A program made the translations under genes and the position numbers. Below the pieces are notes generated by a model. The model was not told the origin of the DNA. It did not search any database and saw only the letters and a program-made list of their open reading frames with translations. From Chlamydiia bacterium (GTDB lineage Bacteria > Chlamydiota > Chlamydiia > Chlamydiales > SM23-39): a DNA stretch of 39,269 bases. Of this stretch, positions 1-8,876 are shown piece by piece (within the stretch, counting starts at the first letter, position 1; the number at the start of each line of letters is the position of its first letter). The DNA lies in contig JACQAR010000094.1 in assembly GCA_016194825.1 (NCBI GenBank), forward strand, positions 1 to 39,269, written 5' to 3'.

Positions 1-246
1 GTTGAGAGCGATCTGGGCATGTTGAGAGAACACATCGAATTCGAAATGGGATTCGGCTGGGGTTCATACTTCGACAATGACAACTGGTACTTCGATCTCA
101 GCGCAGGGTACACATGGCAAGTCTTCTTCGACCAAAACATGTTCAACTCAGCCTCCTGGGTCAACGATGTTCGTCCTAGACCTACCCAAGCTTACGGCAA
201 CCTCTACGTCAACGGGTTGACTGTCAATGCTAGACTCGACTTCTAA
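1..246 (+). CDS. Outer-membrane beta-barrel protein, C-terminal fragment (5' end lies outside the window)
   Basis: The frame is open from nt 1 (VESDLGMLREH...). It shows an alternating aromatic/hydrophobic strand pattern (WYFDLSAGYTWQVFF, LYVNGLTVNARLDF) and ends in Phe, as is typical of OMP barrels. A strong terminator follows. Confidence 0.5.
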   Translation, partial: VESDLGMLREHIEFEMGFGWGSYFDNDNWYFDLSAGYTWQVFFDQNMFNSASWVNDVRPRPTQAYGNLYVNGLTVNARLDF

Positions 247-278
247 CATCTAAGTTGGTCTATTAACCACCAAAACGG

Positions 279-309
279 CAGGCCAGGAGAAATCCTGGCC
301 TGTTTTTTT
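279..309 (+). terminator. Rho-independent terminator after the OMP gene
   Basis: caggccagga-gaaa-tcctggcctg forms a perfect 10-bp GC-rich stem with a 4-nt loop. It is followed directly by a T7 run (303-309), 33 nt after the stop codon. Confidence 0.8.
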
Positions 310-323
310 GTTTCAAAGGAATC

Positions 324-594
324 ACCACAGAGATAGATACCACAGAGAAAAACTGAGGAATCTATACTGAGAGAGATTCAAAAATCGGGAGATGCCAAGG
401 AGGCGCCCCGATTTTGAACCAGGCAAAGCCGGCGTCGAAGCAGCTCAACTTGAATAAGTTGAGCGATGCAGACGGGCTCAAAAGCGGTGGCTGTCCGACG
501 CCGGCAGAACCGATGTTTGAATCACGATCAGTATATCGTTGTCTATCAGAGCCGATCGCCCTAGTTTCTTCTCTGAGGTGTCTATCTCTGTGGT
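324..594. repeat. Long imperfect foldback (nested inverted-repeat) element, either MITE-like or a structured RNA
   Basis: Outer arms accacagagatagataccacagagaa (324-349) and ttctctgaggtgtctatctctgtggt (569-594) are reverse complements with 2 mismatches. Inner matches are tatactga, gattcaaaaatcgg versus ccgatgtttgaatc, and gccggcgtcg (428-437) versus cgacgccggc (496-505). The central hairpin is gctcaactt-gaat-aagttgagc (443-464). Confidence 0.6.
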
Positions 595-619
595 AAACTT
601 TTCATAACTAGATGATCTG

Positions 620-647
620 TTGCCAAAATTCCTTGCTCTCGTAGCAT
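620..647 (+). promoter_or_regulatory. Possible sigma-70/66-type promoter for thyX
   Basis: TTGCCA (620-625), a 16-nt spacer, then TAGCAT (642-647), 34 nt upstream of the thyX ATG. Pattern match only. Confidence 0.25.
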
Positions 648-680
648 ATCGTATGGCAACCTCGTTACCATGAGGTACCT

Positions 681-2318
681 ATGATCAGCGCAGAATTCTC
701 CGAAAGTCAGATTAAAATTCTCGAACGTTTTGTCACCAATACAACAAGCAACGTATTTGTATTGAGAAACTTGCCCGAAGTCATTAAAGGAGCGCTTTTC
801 TCTCGCTATTCTCGCTCTACTTTAGGTCTGAGAGCTTTGCTTCTCAAAGAGTTTATCCTCAATGAAGACACCGCCTTCGGCAGTATTGCTGGGAAATTAC
901 TGGAGAGCGATTCAGGACAAGAACAGATGGTCGCAGTGCAAAAAGCACAGAGTTTCTACGATCGGATTCTAGACGGCTATGGCGATGATTCGATTGGAGA
1001 ATTGGGAGGCGCCCATTTGGCCATCGAGAGCATTTCTATGCTGGGTGCAAAAATCATTGAAGATTCTCGGATTGGGGGCTCTCCTTTGGAAAAATCGACC
1101 CGTTACATCTATTTCGATCAAAAAGTAGAAGGGAACTATCTGTTCTACCAAGAGCCCGTGCTGATGACCTCTGCCTTCCGTAACCTTTACGTCGATACGT
1201 GCAATGTACTCTTTGACACGTACAATCAACTCATTCCCTCACTCACCGCACAAATAGAGCAGAGCTTTCCAAAAGATCCCTCCATTTCAAAGGGGGCATA
1301 TACCGCAGCACTTCGTGCAAAAGTGCTCGATTGCTTGAGAGGCTTATTGCCCGCTAGCGCACTGACCAATATGGGAGTATTTGGCAATGGCCGCTTCTAC
1401 GAAGGACTGTTGCAAAAATTGAACTGCCACAACCTGGCGGAAATGCAAGATATCGGCAGGAAATCGCTGACCGAGTTAAATAAGGTCATTCCCTCTTTCA
1501 TTCGTAGAGCAGATCCCGAGCACCGCCACCAGCAGTCTTTCAGTCAGTTCATGGAATCTATGCAAGAGACTCTCGAACGGTTTTCTCAAGAACATGCTAG
1601 AGAAATAGAGAGCTTTTCGGAAGCCTGCGGAGTCCGATTGATCGACGCAGATCCAAAGGGCATTTCTAAAGTGGCAGGAGCTCTTCTATTTTCCCATGCT
1701 CACGGTTCATTAGAGAAGCTCCAAGCATATTGCGCGTCGCTGCCAGAAGAAAAAATCGGAGCCCTCTTTGATGCCGTAACAGCTGGCAGACAAAATCGAA
1801 GGCATAAGTCTCCGCGTGCATTGGAACATGCTGGCTTTACATTTGAGCTGTTAGCCGATTTTGGGGCCTATCGCGATCTGCAGCGCCATAGAATACTCAC
1901 GCAGGAAAGACAAAGACTCACCTGTCATTACGGCTATTATATGCCGCCCGAACTTGCTGGGACGGAGATGGAAAAAGAATATAGAAAGGCAATGGAATTG
2001 GCAAAAACTGCCTATGATCAAATCGCACCCACTCTTCCTGAAGAAGCGCAGTACGTCGTTCCCATGGCCTACAACATCCATTGGTATATACACACCAATC
2101 TGCGTGCGCTGCAGTGGATGTGTGAAATCCGATCTCAAGCAGCAGGTCATAGTACCTATCGCCGCATTGCACAAGAAATGGCCGCTCAGGTGTGCGAGAG
2201 ATTTCCTCTTTTGCAGAAATTTTTCCAGTTCGTCGATTACGAAGGATATGAATTGGGACGACTGAATGCAGAAATGCGGAAAGAGGAAAAGTTGAATCTG
2301 TTGCCCAGAAATGGATGA
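681..2318 (+). CDS. thyX: Flavin-dependent thymidylate synthase, long form
   Basis: 545-aa ORF with a ThyX-type core (ALEHAGFTFELLADFGAYRDLQRHRILTQERQ, containing the RHR signature). GAGG lies 4 nt upstream of the ATG. Its length matches the long chlamydial-type ThyX rather than the ~220-aa form. Confidence 0.8.
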   Translation: MISAEFSESQIKILERFVTNTTSNVFVLRNLPEVIKGALFSRYSRSTLGLRALLLKEFILNEDTAFGSIAGKLLESDSGQEQMVAVQKAQSFYDRILDGYGDDSIGELGGAHLAIESISMLGAKIIEDSRIGGSPLEKSTRYIYFDQKVEGNYLFYQEPVLMTSAFRNLYVDTCNVLFDTYNQLIPSLTAQIEQSFPKDPSISKGAYTAALRAKVLDCLRGLLPASALTNMGVFGNGRFYEGLLQKLNCHNLAEMQDIGRKSLTELNKVIPSFIRRADPEHRHQQSFSQFMESMQETLERFSQEHAREIESFSEACGVRLIDADPKGISKVAGALLFSHAHGSLEKLQAYCASLPEEKIGALFDAVTAGRQNRRHKSPRALEHAGFTFELLADFGAYRDLQRHRILTQERQRLTCHYGYYMPPELAGTEMEKEYRKAMELAKTAYDQIAPTLPEEAQYVVPMAYNIHWYIHTNLRALQWMCEIRSQAAGHSTYRRIAQEMAAQVCERFPLLQKFFQFVDYEGYELGRLNAEMRKEEKLNLLPRNG

Positions 2319-2352
2319 TCGATTACTTTGATTATTCAGACTTGAGGAAATA

Positions 2353-3339
2353 GTGAAAAAGATTTGTGTTCCTGGAGGGGCAGGCTATGTGGGCTCTCGC
2401 CTCGTCCCCGAATTACTAAAACGGGGCTATCACGTCAATGTGCTCGATTTGTATCTATACGGAGACGAGGTTCTCGAAAAGCATCCTCATCTCACCCAAA
2501 TCAAAGGCGATATCCGAGATCCCAAGGTAGTGGAAAAGGCTCTTGATCAATGTAAAGCCGCTTTACATTTGGCTTGCATCTCCAATGATCCGAGCTTTGA
2601 GCTCAATCCAGAGCTTGGTAAGTCGATTAATTTGGATTCTTTCGAGCCCTTTGTGCAAATCGCCAAGAAAAAAGGGGTAGAGCGCTTTATTTTTGCCTCT
2701 TCTTCTTCTGTATATGGAGTCAAAGAAGTTCCCAATGTCACCGAAGATATGGAGTTGGAGCCTTTGACCGATTACTCCAAATACAAAGCGGAATGTGAAA
2801 AAATCCTACTTAAGTATGCTTCGGATGATTTCATCTGCACGATTTTACGGCCTGCAACTGTATGTGGGTTTGCCTCTCGCCAAAGGCTTGATGTAGTGGT
2901 CAACATCTTGACCAACTTGGCCTATCGCACCGGCAAGGTGAAAGTAATGGGTGGCGCGCAGATGCGTCCCAATATCCACATCGAAGATATGGTCCGCGCT
3001 TATATCCATGTACTGGAAGCGCCGAAAGAGAAGATCCAGAAGAAGATCTACAACGTCGGTTATCACAATCACACTGTCTTGTCGCTTGGCCAGATGGTGC
3101 AGCAGATTGTTGGGAAAAAGCGGCCTGTTGATCTGGTGGTAGAGCCGACAAACGACAACCGCTCCTACCACGTTTCATCGAAGAAAATTGCCGAAGAGCT
3201 CGGATTTCATCCGAAGTACACGATCGAAAATGCCATCGAAGATCTTTTGCAGGCCTTTGAATCTGGCAAACTGCCCAATTCGCTCGAAGATCACCGCTAT
3301 TTCAACATCAAAACGATGAAGGCAATCCAATTACAATGA
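2353..3339 (+). CDS. NAD-dependent sugar epimerase/dehydratase (extended SDR)
   Basis: GTG start preceded by GAGGA. Rossmann motif GGAGYVGSRL, HLAC strand, SSSSVYG, and catalytic YSKYK (YxxxK). Confidence 0.75.
   Translation: MKKICVPGGAGYVGSRLVPELLKRGYHVNVLDLYLYGDEVLEKHPHLTQIKGDIRDPKVVEKALDQCKAALHLACISNDPSFELNPELGKSINLDSFEPFVQIAKKKGVERFIFASSSSVYGVKEVPNVTEDMELEPLTDYSKYKAECEKILLKYASDDFICTILRPATVCGFASRQRLDVVVNILTNLAYRTGKVKVMGGAQMRPNIHIEDMVRAYIHVLEAPKEKIQKKIYNVGYHNHTVLSLGQMVQQIVGKKRPVDLVVEPTNDNRSYHVSSKKIAEELGFHPKYTIENAIEDLLQAFESGKLPNSLEDHRYFNIKTMKAIQLQ
2549..2569. repeat. Inverted pair A of the GCTTTACAT word
   Basis: aatgtaaagc-c-gctttacatt has perfect 10-nt arms. It lies inside the epimerase CDS, where it encodes CKAALH. 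Confidence 0.9.
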
Positions 3340-4322
3340 AAACCCTTGTCACAGGTGGAGCCGGATTCATTGGAAGCCATCTCGTCGATTTGCTTCTGAA
3401 AAAAGGGCATCAGGTGACTGCCTTTGATAATCTTTGCGGCGGATGGATGAAGAATTTGGCCGAAGCCCAGCAACATCCTCGCTTCCGTTTTGTGCAAGGA
3501 GATATTCGCAATAGGAACAGTTTAGAAGGGCTCTTTGATGGCGTAGATTGGGTCTTTCACTTGGCGGCTTTAGCCGACATCGTCCCTTCCATGGAAAAGC
3601 CGCGCGATTATTTTGAAACAAACGTAGATGGCACCTTCAATGTGCTGGAAGCGGCTAAAGAGGCTCGTGTGAAGCGCTTTCTTTACGCGGCGTCTTCTTC
3701 GTGTTACGGCATTCCCTCACAATATCCGACTCCAGAAACAGCGCCCATTATGCCACAATACCCTTACGCTCTGACCAAATATCTCGGCGAGCAGTTAGTG
3801 CTGCATTGGGCGCAAGTATATAAGCTGCCCGCCCTGTCGCTGCGCCTGTTCAATGTCTACGGACCCCGATCCCGTACTACTGGTGTGTATGGCGCAGTCT
3901 TTGGCGTCTTTTTGGCACAAAAACTCCACGGCAAGCCGTTTACTGTGGTCGGAGATGGCAAACAGACACGAGATTTTACTTATGTAGCCGATGTAGCAGA
4001 TGCTTTTTATACCGCAGCCGAGTCTAATCTGAGCAACGACTTTTTGAACATTGGGAGCTCGGGCCATTACAGTGTCAATCGTTTGGTGGAATTGCTCGGA
4101 GGCTCTGTGACCTACATCCCTAAGAGACCGGGTGAGCCTGACTGCACCTTTGCAGATGTAACGGAGGTCCAACAGAAGCTCAACTGGAAGGCGAGAGTCT
4201 CTTTTGAAGAAGGGGTTCAGCGCCTTTTGTCTCGGATCAACGACTTCAAAGATGCGCCTCTTTGGGAGCCACAATCGATTGAGAGAGCAACCGAGAATTG
4301 GTTTAAATACCTGTCAAAATAG
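3336..4322 (+). CDS. NAD-dependent nucleotide-sugar epimerase/dehydratase (extended SDR)
   Basis: ATGA overlap with the upstream gene. Motifs VTGGAGFIGSHL, HLAALA, ASSSSCYG, and YALTK (YxxxK). Confidence 0.75.
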   Translation: MKTLVTGGAGFIGSHLVDLLLKKGHQVTAFDNLCGGWMKNLAEAQQHPRFRFVQGDIRNRNSLEGLFDGVDWVFHLAALADIVPSMEKPRDYFETNVDGTFNVLEAAKEARVKRFLYAASSSCYGIPSQYPTPETAPIMPQYPYALTKYLGEQLVLHWAQVYKLPALSLRLFNVYGPRSRTTGVYGAVFGVFLAQKLHGKPFTVVGDGKQTRDFTYVADVADAFYTAAESNLSNDFLNIGSSGHYSVNRLVELLGGSVTYIPKRPGEPDCTFADVTEVQQKLNWKARVSFEEGVQRLLSRINDFKDAPLWEPQSIERATENWFKYLSK

Positions 4323-4330
4323 GGATAGAT

Positions 4331-4942
4331 ATGTTTGCAAAACGCTTTCACGACTTAAGCCGCTCATTTGCTTCCACTGTATACACAGCCTCATCTGGCC
4401 CTATTACGGAAGATGCGGCTTTGGAAAAAGCGTTTGAAATGCTCGGCAGAGTGCACGATCAAAGAGGGATTGCTTATGTCATTGGCAATGGGGGGAGCGC
4501 TGGCATTGCCTCTCACTTCAGTACCGATCTGATCAAGTCTTTGAAGATCCCCTCTTCGACCCTATTTGACTCAAATTTAGTCACGTGCCTTTCTAACGAC
4601 TACGGATATGATCAAGTCTTTTGCTATCCTCTGGAACACATATTGCGACCGAATGATCTTTTAGTAGCGATCAGCAGTTCTGGGAAATCGCCCAATATCA
4701 TCCAAGCAGCGCAGGTTGCTTTGAGAAAAGGGGTTTCTCTCATCACGCTCAGCGGATTTTCCGACCAGAATCCCCTTCGCACCATGGGGGATCTAAATTT
4801 TTGGGTTGCGCAGAACGATTACGGTCTCGTTGAGACGACCCATTTTTTCCTGCTGCACACCATCATTGATTTTTGGAACCAACAAGCAAGAGTGAAGGAA
4901 TATGCCCGAATCCTTGGATCTACGGCAGCAAAGCAAAATTAG
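4331..4942 (+). CDS. gmhA: SIS-domain sedoheptulose-7-phosphate isomerase
   Basis: Motifs IGNGGSAGIASHFSTDL and AISSSGKSPNI, and a C-terminal HFFLLHTIID region that aligns by eye with E. coli GmhA. Confidence 0.75.
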   Translation: MFAKRFHDLSRSFASTVYTASSGPITEDAALEKAFEMLGRVHDQRGIAYVIGNGGSAGIASHFSTDLIKSLKIPSSTLFDSNLVTCLSNDYGYDQVFCYPLEHILRPNDLLVAISSSGKSPNIIQAAQVALRKGVSLITLSGFSDQNPLRTMGDLNFWVAQNDYGLVETTHFFLLHTIIDFWNQQARVKEYARILGSTAAKQN

Positions 4943-6452
4943 AACATTCGATGCGCTGCAAAGCGCTCTCGAAGAGGACCGTAGGCACCAGCGCATCATC
5001 GTACAGTGTCATGGGGTGTTTGATTTGCTCCATCCCGGTCATATTCGTCACTTCCAAGAAGCGAAAGCGCAAGGAGATCGGTTGATTGTCACCTTGACAC
5101 CCGATCGTTTTGTCAATAAAGGGCCTGGCCGTCCCGTATTCAATGAGCAGTTGCGCCTTGAATCGATTGCTGCGCTGCAAATGGTGGACTACGTCGTTCT
5201 GAATGACTCCCCAGACGCCGTATCGGCGATCCGGAGAGTGTGTCCTTCGCTTTACGTGAAGGGAGTTGAGTATAAACAGCACGACCAGGATGTGACGGGC
5301 AAAATCTCCGAAGAAGCACGTGCCGTGGAAGAGGTAGGAGGAGCGATCTATTACACAGATGACATCGTGTTTAGCTCTTCTTCGCTTCTGAATCGCTATT
5401 TTGATACTGCTCCTCCGAAAGTCACCGAATTTTTGTCTCAACTTCGTAAAGAATACACAACGCAAGATATCATCCAAAAAATCGATGCCCTTTCTCAATT
5501 GAATGTACTGGTGGTCGGAGATGCCATCATTGATGAATACCAATATACGCGGATTCTTGGACAGACAGGCAAAGGTCTCCATATGGTGGCGCGCTGTTTG
5601 GATCGAGAAGTTTTTCTGGGTGGCTCATTGATCATTGCCAATCATGTAGCCCAGTTTGCGAAACAGGTGACTTTAGTTACGGCTTTAGGAAAAAACTGTC
5701 CACATCTCCATTTCATCCGCGAGAATTTAGAACCGAATGTGCGTGGAGAGTTCACATTTTTAGATAAGTCACCGACCTTAACAAAAAAAAGATATGTCTG
5801 GAAAGACGGTACAACTCTCACCAAACTTTTTGAAACATATTCGAATCAAGAAGAAGCTTTAAATGAAGCGCAAACAGGGCAAATCATCGATTTCATACGG
5901 AAAGAAGCTGCTCACTATGATTTGATTCTAGTATCTGATTTTGGGAATGGCTTTACGAATCATCCCCTGGTTGAAGCGCTGTGCGACGTACCTGGCTTTT
6001 TGGCCCTCAATACCCAAACCAATAGCGGTAATCGAGGCTTCAACGTGGTAACCAATTACTGCAGAGCGGATTATATCTCGCTCAATGAGCCAGAACTGAG
6101 ATTAGCGGCACACGATTCCAAGAGCGCTCTAGAGGGTATAGCGGCTGATATTTGCCAGATTCTGAACTGTCCCCTTTTGTCAGTAACTCAAGGGGTGCAT
6201 GGAGTCAGTTGCTTTTCAAGAGAAGAGGGTGTTGTACATATTCCTGCATTCGCGACCCACAGTGTAGATCGGATCGGTGCAGGCGATAGCTATCTATCGC
6301 TCTCTTCTCTGTGCCTAGCTCACGGGTATTCCACTATGCTGGCCGGGTTTATCGGTTCAATCGCAGCAGCAATGAGCGTTCAAGTTGTAGGGAATCAAGA
6401 ATCTGTGAAAAAAGTTCCCCTCTGCAAATTCATCACGCGTCTGCTCAAGTAA
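4902..6452 (+). CDS. Bifunctional sugar-phosphate nucleotidyltransferase (N-terminal) and PfkB sugar kinase (C-terminal), HldE-like with reversed domain order
   Basis: The N-terminus has CHGVFDLLHPGHIRHF (HxGH cytidylyl/adenylyltransferase, RfaE domain II-like) and DYVVLNDSPD...YVKGVEY. The C-terminus has VLVVGDAIIDEY...GGSLIIANH and DRIGAGDSYL (PfkB). It overlaps gmhA by 41 nt, so the start is uncertain (TTG at 4911 is also possible). Confidence 0.7.
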   Translation: MPESLDLRQQSKIRTFDALQSALEEDRRHQRIIVQCHGVFDLLHPGHIRHFQEAKAQGDRLIVTLTPDRFVNKGPGRPVFNEQLRLESIAALQMVDYVVLNDSPDAVSAIRRVCPSLYVKGVEYKQHDQDVTGKISEEARAVEEVGGAIYYTDDIVFSSSSLLNRYFDTAPPKVTEFLSQLRKEYTTQDIIQKIDALSQLNVLVVGDAIIDEYQYTRILGQTGKGLHMVARCLDREVFLGGSLIIANHVAQFAKQVTLVTALGKNCPHLHFIRENLEPNVRGEFTFLDKSPTLTKKRYVWKDGTTLTKLFETYSNQEEALNEAQTGQIIDFIRKEAAHYDLILVSDFGNGFTNHPLVEALCDVPGFLALNTQTNSGNRGFNVVTNYCRADYISLNEPELRLAAHDSKSALEGIAADICQILNCPLLSVTQGVHGVSCFSREEGVVHIPAFATHSVDRIGAGDSYLSLSSLCLAHGYSTMLAGFIGSIAAAMSVQVVGNQESVKKVPLCKFITRLLK

Positions 6453-6461
6453 AAGATTTCT

Positions 6462-6490
6462 TTGCAAAAAAGAATCTATCTCTGTAAAAT
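6462..6490 (+). promoter_or_regulatory. Sigma-70/66-like promoter ahead of GT11 paralog 1
   Basis: TTGCAA (6462-6467), a 17-nt spacer, then TAAAAT (6485-6490). The ATG lies only 8 nt downstream, which implies a near-leaderless transcript. Confidence 0.35.
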
Positions 6491-6498
6491 TTTAACTT

Positions 6499-7380
6499 AT
6501 GTTTTACAAATTCCTCGTTTTCGTTTTCTCTGGCTTGTCTGTCTGTATCTACGGAACCTCCTGCATCACCTGTGAATTTGAAGGACAGCTCGGCAATCAT
6601 CTCTTTCAGATTGCCGCCGCAACGGCGTATGCTTTAGACCATCAGTGCGAAGCAGTTTTCCCTATGCTCATCGCCTATACCCATGGACAGAGTTATTATC
6701 GCGACGTCTTGCATCGTGTGAGTCTTAAGTCAATTCCCAGACATAGTAAATTGTATCATCATTCTGAAGATCATTATACGCGGTACAGTCCGATTCCTAA
6801 TGTGCACAACAAAACTCTTGTATTGCACGGGCTTTATCAAACCGAAAAGTATTTTGCCCATCATGCCGAAACGATCCGAGCCCTCTTTGCTCCTTCTGAG
6901 AGGATTTTGCAAGAGATTAACGAAAAATATGGAACTCTGTTGCAAAACAACAAGACAGTAGCCATTCACGTAAGAACCTTTATTCCTGATGGGAGATCTC
7001 CAGAGTTATTTGCGGAAGACAACGTTTGGTGGGATTATTTCGCGCAAGCCATCGAGTATTTCCCTTCAGAATATCTGTTTCTCGTATTCATGGACGCGCC
7101 CCATGTGGTGGTGCCGAATTTCCCAAAACTACCTGGTCGCAATATCCAATTCATCATCAACGAGCCGTATTATATCGACTTTTATATGATATCTCTTTGT
7201 AACTATGTTGTGGTTTCTCCTGGCTCTACTTTTTCTTGGTGGGCTGCTTGGATCAATAAGCATGCAGATAAAGTGATCATAGCTCCTGACCGATGGACAG
7301 GTCACTCTGGTGAAGAAGTGATCCCAAATACTTGGATTCGGATCCCCAGCCTGCCTCATGCCCCTAGAGGACGGAAATGA
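6499..7380 (+). CDS. GT11-family glycosyltransferase (alpha-1,2-fucosyltransferase-like), paralog 1, with N-terminal hydrophobic leader
   Basis: N-terminal GQLGNHLFQIAAATAYAL (GT11 motif GGLGNQxFQYA), VAIHVRT, and STFSWWAAWI (GT11 C-terminal motif). The leader is MFYKFLVFVFSGLSVCIYG. Confidence 0.7.
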   Translation: MFYKFLVFVFSGLSVCIYGTSCITCEFEGQLGNHLFQIAAATAYALDHQCEAVFPMLIAYTHGQSYYRDVLHRVSLKSIPRHSKLYHHSEDHYTRYSPIPNVHNKTLVLHGLYQTEKYFAHHAETIRALFAPSERILQEINEKYGTLLQNNKTVAIHVRTFIPDGRSPELFAEDNVWWDYFAQAIEYFPSEYLFLVFMDAPHVVVPNFPKLPGRNIQFIINEPYYIDFYMISLCNYVVVSPGSTFSWWAAWINKHADKVIIAPDRWTGHSGEEVIPNTWIRIPSLPHAPRGRK

Positions 7381-8198
7381 GACTTTTTTATTGGTTACTT
7401 TTGATCGCAGCTAACGTAACAGGAGTGGCCTGGGGAGCTGAATATGTGATGATTTGTCAGGAAGGAGGGCAATTTGGGAGTCAAATGTTTTCGTATGCCA
7501 TGGTCCCTGAAATAGAAGTGGATCAAACTACTTTCCAATGTCTTCCTTATATTGGAAAGAATGGCGCGCCACTTCCTTATGTAAAAGGGAATGTTTGTCT
7601 ATGTAGTACATCCCACGAGCTCTCTTATTTTCACGAGTATCGTGAAAAAATTCGAGAGCTATTCGGGCCTTCTGATGTCGTTATTGCAGAATTAAAAGAG
7701 AAATACGATTTCATATTGAATCATCCTAAAACCGTAGCTGTTCATGTACGGACGTATCATCCGATTTTGTTAAAACATTGCTGTTTGGGATCCGATTACT
7801 ATCAGAATGCTCTGAATCAATTTGATGAAGATCATTTATTTGTGATTTTTTCTGATCGGATTGAATGGTGTAAAAAGCACCTAGATCTGCAAGGCAAGAA
7901 TGCAATATTTATTGAGGGGAACCATCATATCCTCGATTTCTATCTGATGAATTATTGCAAAAACATAATCACATCTAATTCAACTTTTAGCTGGTGGGCC
8001 GCCTATCTCAAGAAGGATCCTAGCGGATTAATCATTGCCCCAAAGCGTTGGTTTTATGATCCGTATGATTCAGATCCGTACGTAAATCGAATAACGAAAC
8101 AGTTTTATCCGAAGGAGTGGATCATACTTCCAGCAGCGTCTCCGTCCCGGGATTATAATTTGTTGGAATTTGATACTACATCAATCGATGAACAGTAG
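7377..8198 (+). CDS. GT11-family glycosyltransferase, paralog 2 (shortened N-terminal region), with leader
   Basis: ATGA overlap. Motifs GGQFGSQMFSYA, HPKTVAVHVRTYHP, and SNSTFSWWAAYLKK. The leader is MRLFYWLLLIAANVTGVAWG. It is close to paralog 3 but lacks ~37 aa after the first motif. Confidence 0.65.
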   Translation: MRLFYWLLLIAANVTGVAWGAEYVMICQEGGQFGSQMFSYAMVPEIEVDQTTFQCLPYIGKNGAPLPYVKGNVCLCSTSHELSYFHEYREKIRELFGPSDVVIAELKEKYDFILNHPKTVAVHVRTYHPILLKHCCLGSDYYQNALNQFDEDHLFVIFSDRIEWCKKHLDLQGKNAIFIEGNHHILDFYLMNYCKNIITSNSTFSWWAAYLKKDPSGLIIAPKRWFYDPYDSDPYVNRITKQFYPKEWIILPAASPSRDYNLLEFDTTSIDEQ

Positions 8199-8207
8199 GA
8201 GTTTTAG

Positions 8208-8876
8208 GTGAGAAATTTAATCATTGCGTGTCTTTTATTTTCGCAAAGCTTGATAAGTCAGGAGTTTCACTCTCAAGCTTATCAAGATCAGTTTGTTCAT
8301 CATTTGCTGTATAAACTTCTTAATAAGCAAGATGAGGGGCATTATCTTGAAATTGGAGCGTGGCAGCCGATTTATATTAATAATACTTACGTGTTTGAAA
8401 AAGACTTCGGATGGAAAGGTGTGAGCATTGATATCTCAGATGCCTATGTACCTGATTGGAAAAAAAACCGTCAAAATATGTTGTTGATCCAAGATGCGAC
8501 AGAAGTAGATTATAATGCGCTGTTACTCTCTTTTCCGTGTATTATTGATTATCTTTCTCTAGACGTTGATGGTAATTATGATGCTGTCTTGCGAAAAATA
8601 CCGCTTAATACCTACAAATTTAAGGTAATTACTATAGAGCATGATTATTACAGATATGGAGATGTCTATAGGAGCAAGGAGCGAGAAATTCTTTCTTCTT
8701 TTGGTTACTGCCTGATTTGCTCTGATGTGTCAATGGGTGGTGATAAATTTGAAGATTGGTGGATACATCCTGATTGTTTTCCTGCTGAAATTGTAATGAA
8801 ATTGCAAGATTTAAATCTGCACGGAAAGGAATATTATCAAATAATAGAAAATCTACAGTCTAGTGAAATCTTATGA
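8208..8876 (+). CDS. Putative FkbM-like SAM methyltransferase with N-terminal leader
   Basis: GTG start with AGGAG upstream. Motifs YLEIGAWQP (motif I-like) and IDYLSLDVDGNYDAVLRKIP...VITIEHD (resembles the FkbM DvEGxE block). The leader is MRNLIIACLLFSQSLISQ. Confidence 0.4.
   Translation: MRNLIIACLLFSQSLISQEFHSQAYQDQFVHHLLYKLLNKQDEGHYLEIGAWQPIYINNTYVFEKDFGWKGVSIDISDAYVPDWKKNRQNMLLIQDATEVDYNALLLSFPCIIDYLSLDVDGNYDAVLRKIPLNTYKFKVITIEHDYYRYGDVYRSKEREILSSFGYCLICSDVSMGGDKFEDWWIHPDCFPAEIVMKLQDLNLHGKEYYQIIENLQSSEIL

Noticed and set aside
420-470. Possible SRP (4.5S) RNA, because of accagg...gaagcagc resembling the helix 8 strand
   Set aside because: There is no GNRA tetraloop closing the helix in the right place, and the flanking conserved SRP strands are absent. 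The resemblance is limited to about 8 nt.
414-596. 60-aa ORF in the OMP-thyX intergenic region
   Set aside because: It lies entirely within the foldback element. It has no RBS, no recognisable motif, and a low-complexity Ser/Leu/Pro-rich translation. It is most simply a by-product of the inverted repeat.
2549-2569. The idea that the CKAALH-encoding palindromes are in-frame insertions of a Rickettsia-RPE-like mobile element
   Set aside because: In the epimerase, the palindrome encodes the conserved SDR strand (aaLHLAc, equivalent to viHlAa). In GT9 copy 2, it encodes the conserved kLALhLnPGg block. No extra residues are present relative to the family pattern, so the word is superimposed on native codons and not inserted.
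6454-6477. Weak AT-rich hairpin (agatttcttt...aaagaatct) after the HldE-like gene, considered as a terminator
   Set aside because: The stem is bulged and AT-rich, with no following T run. The same bases fit a TTGCAA -35 element better.
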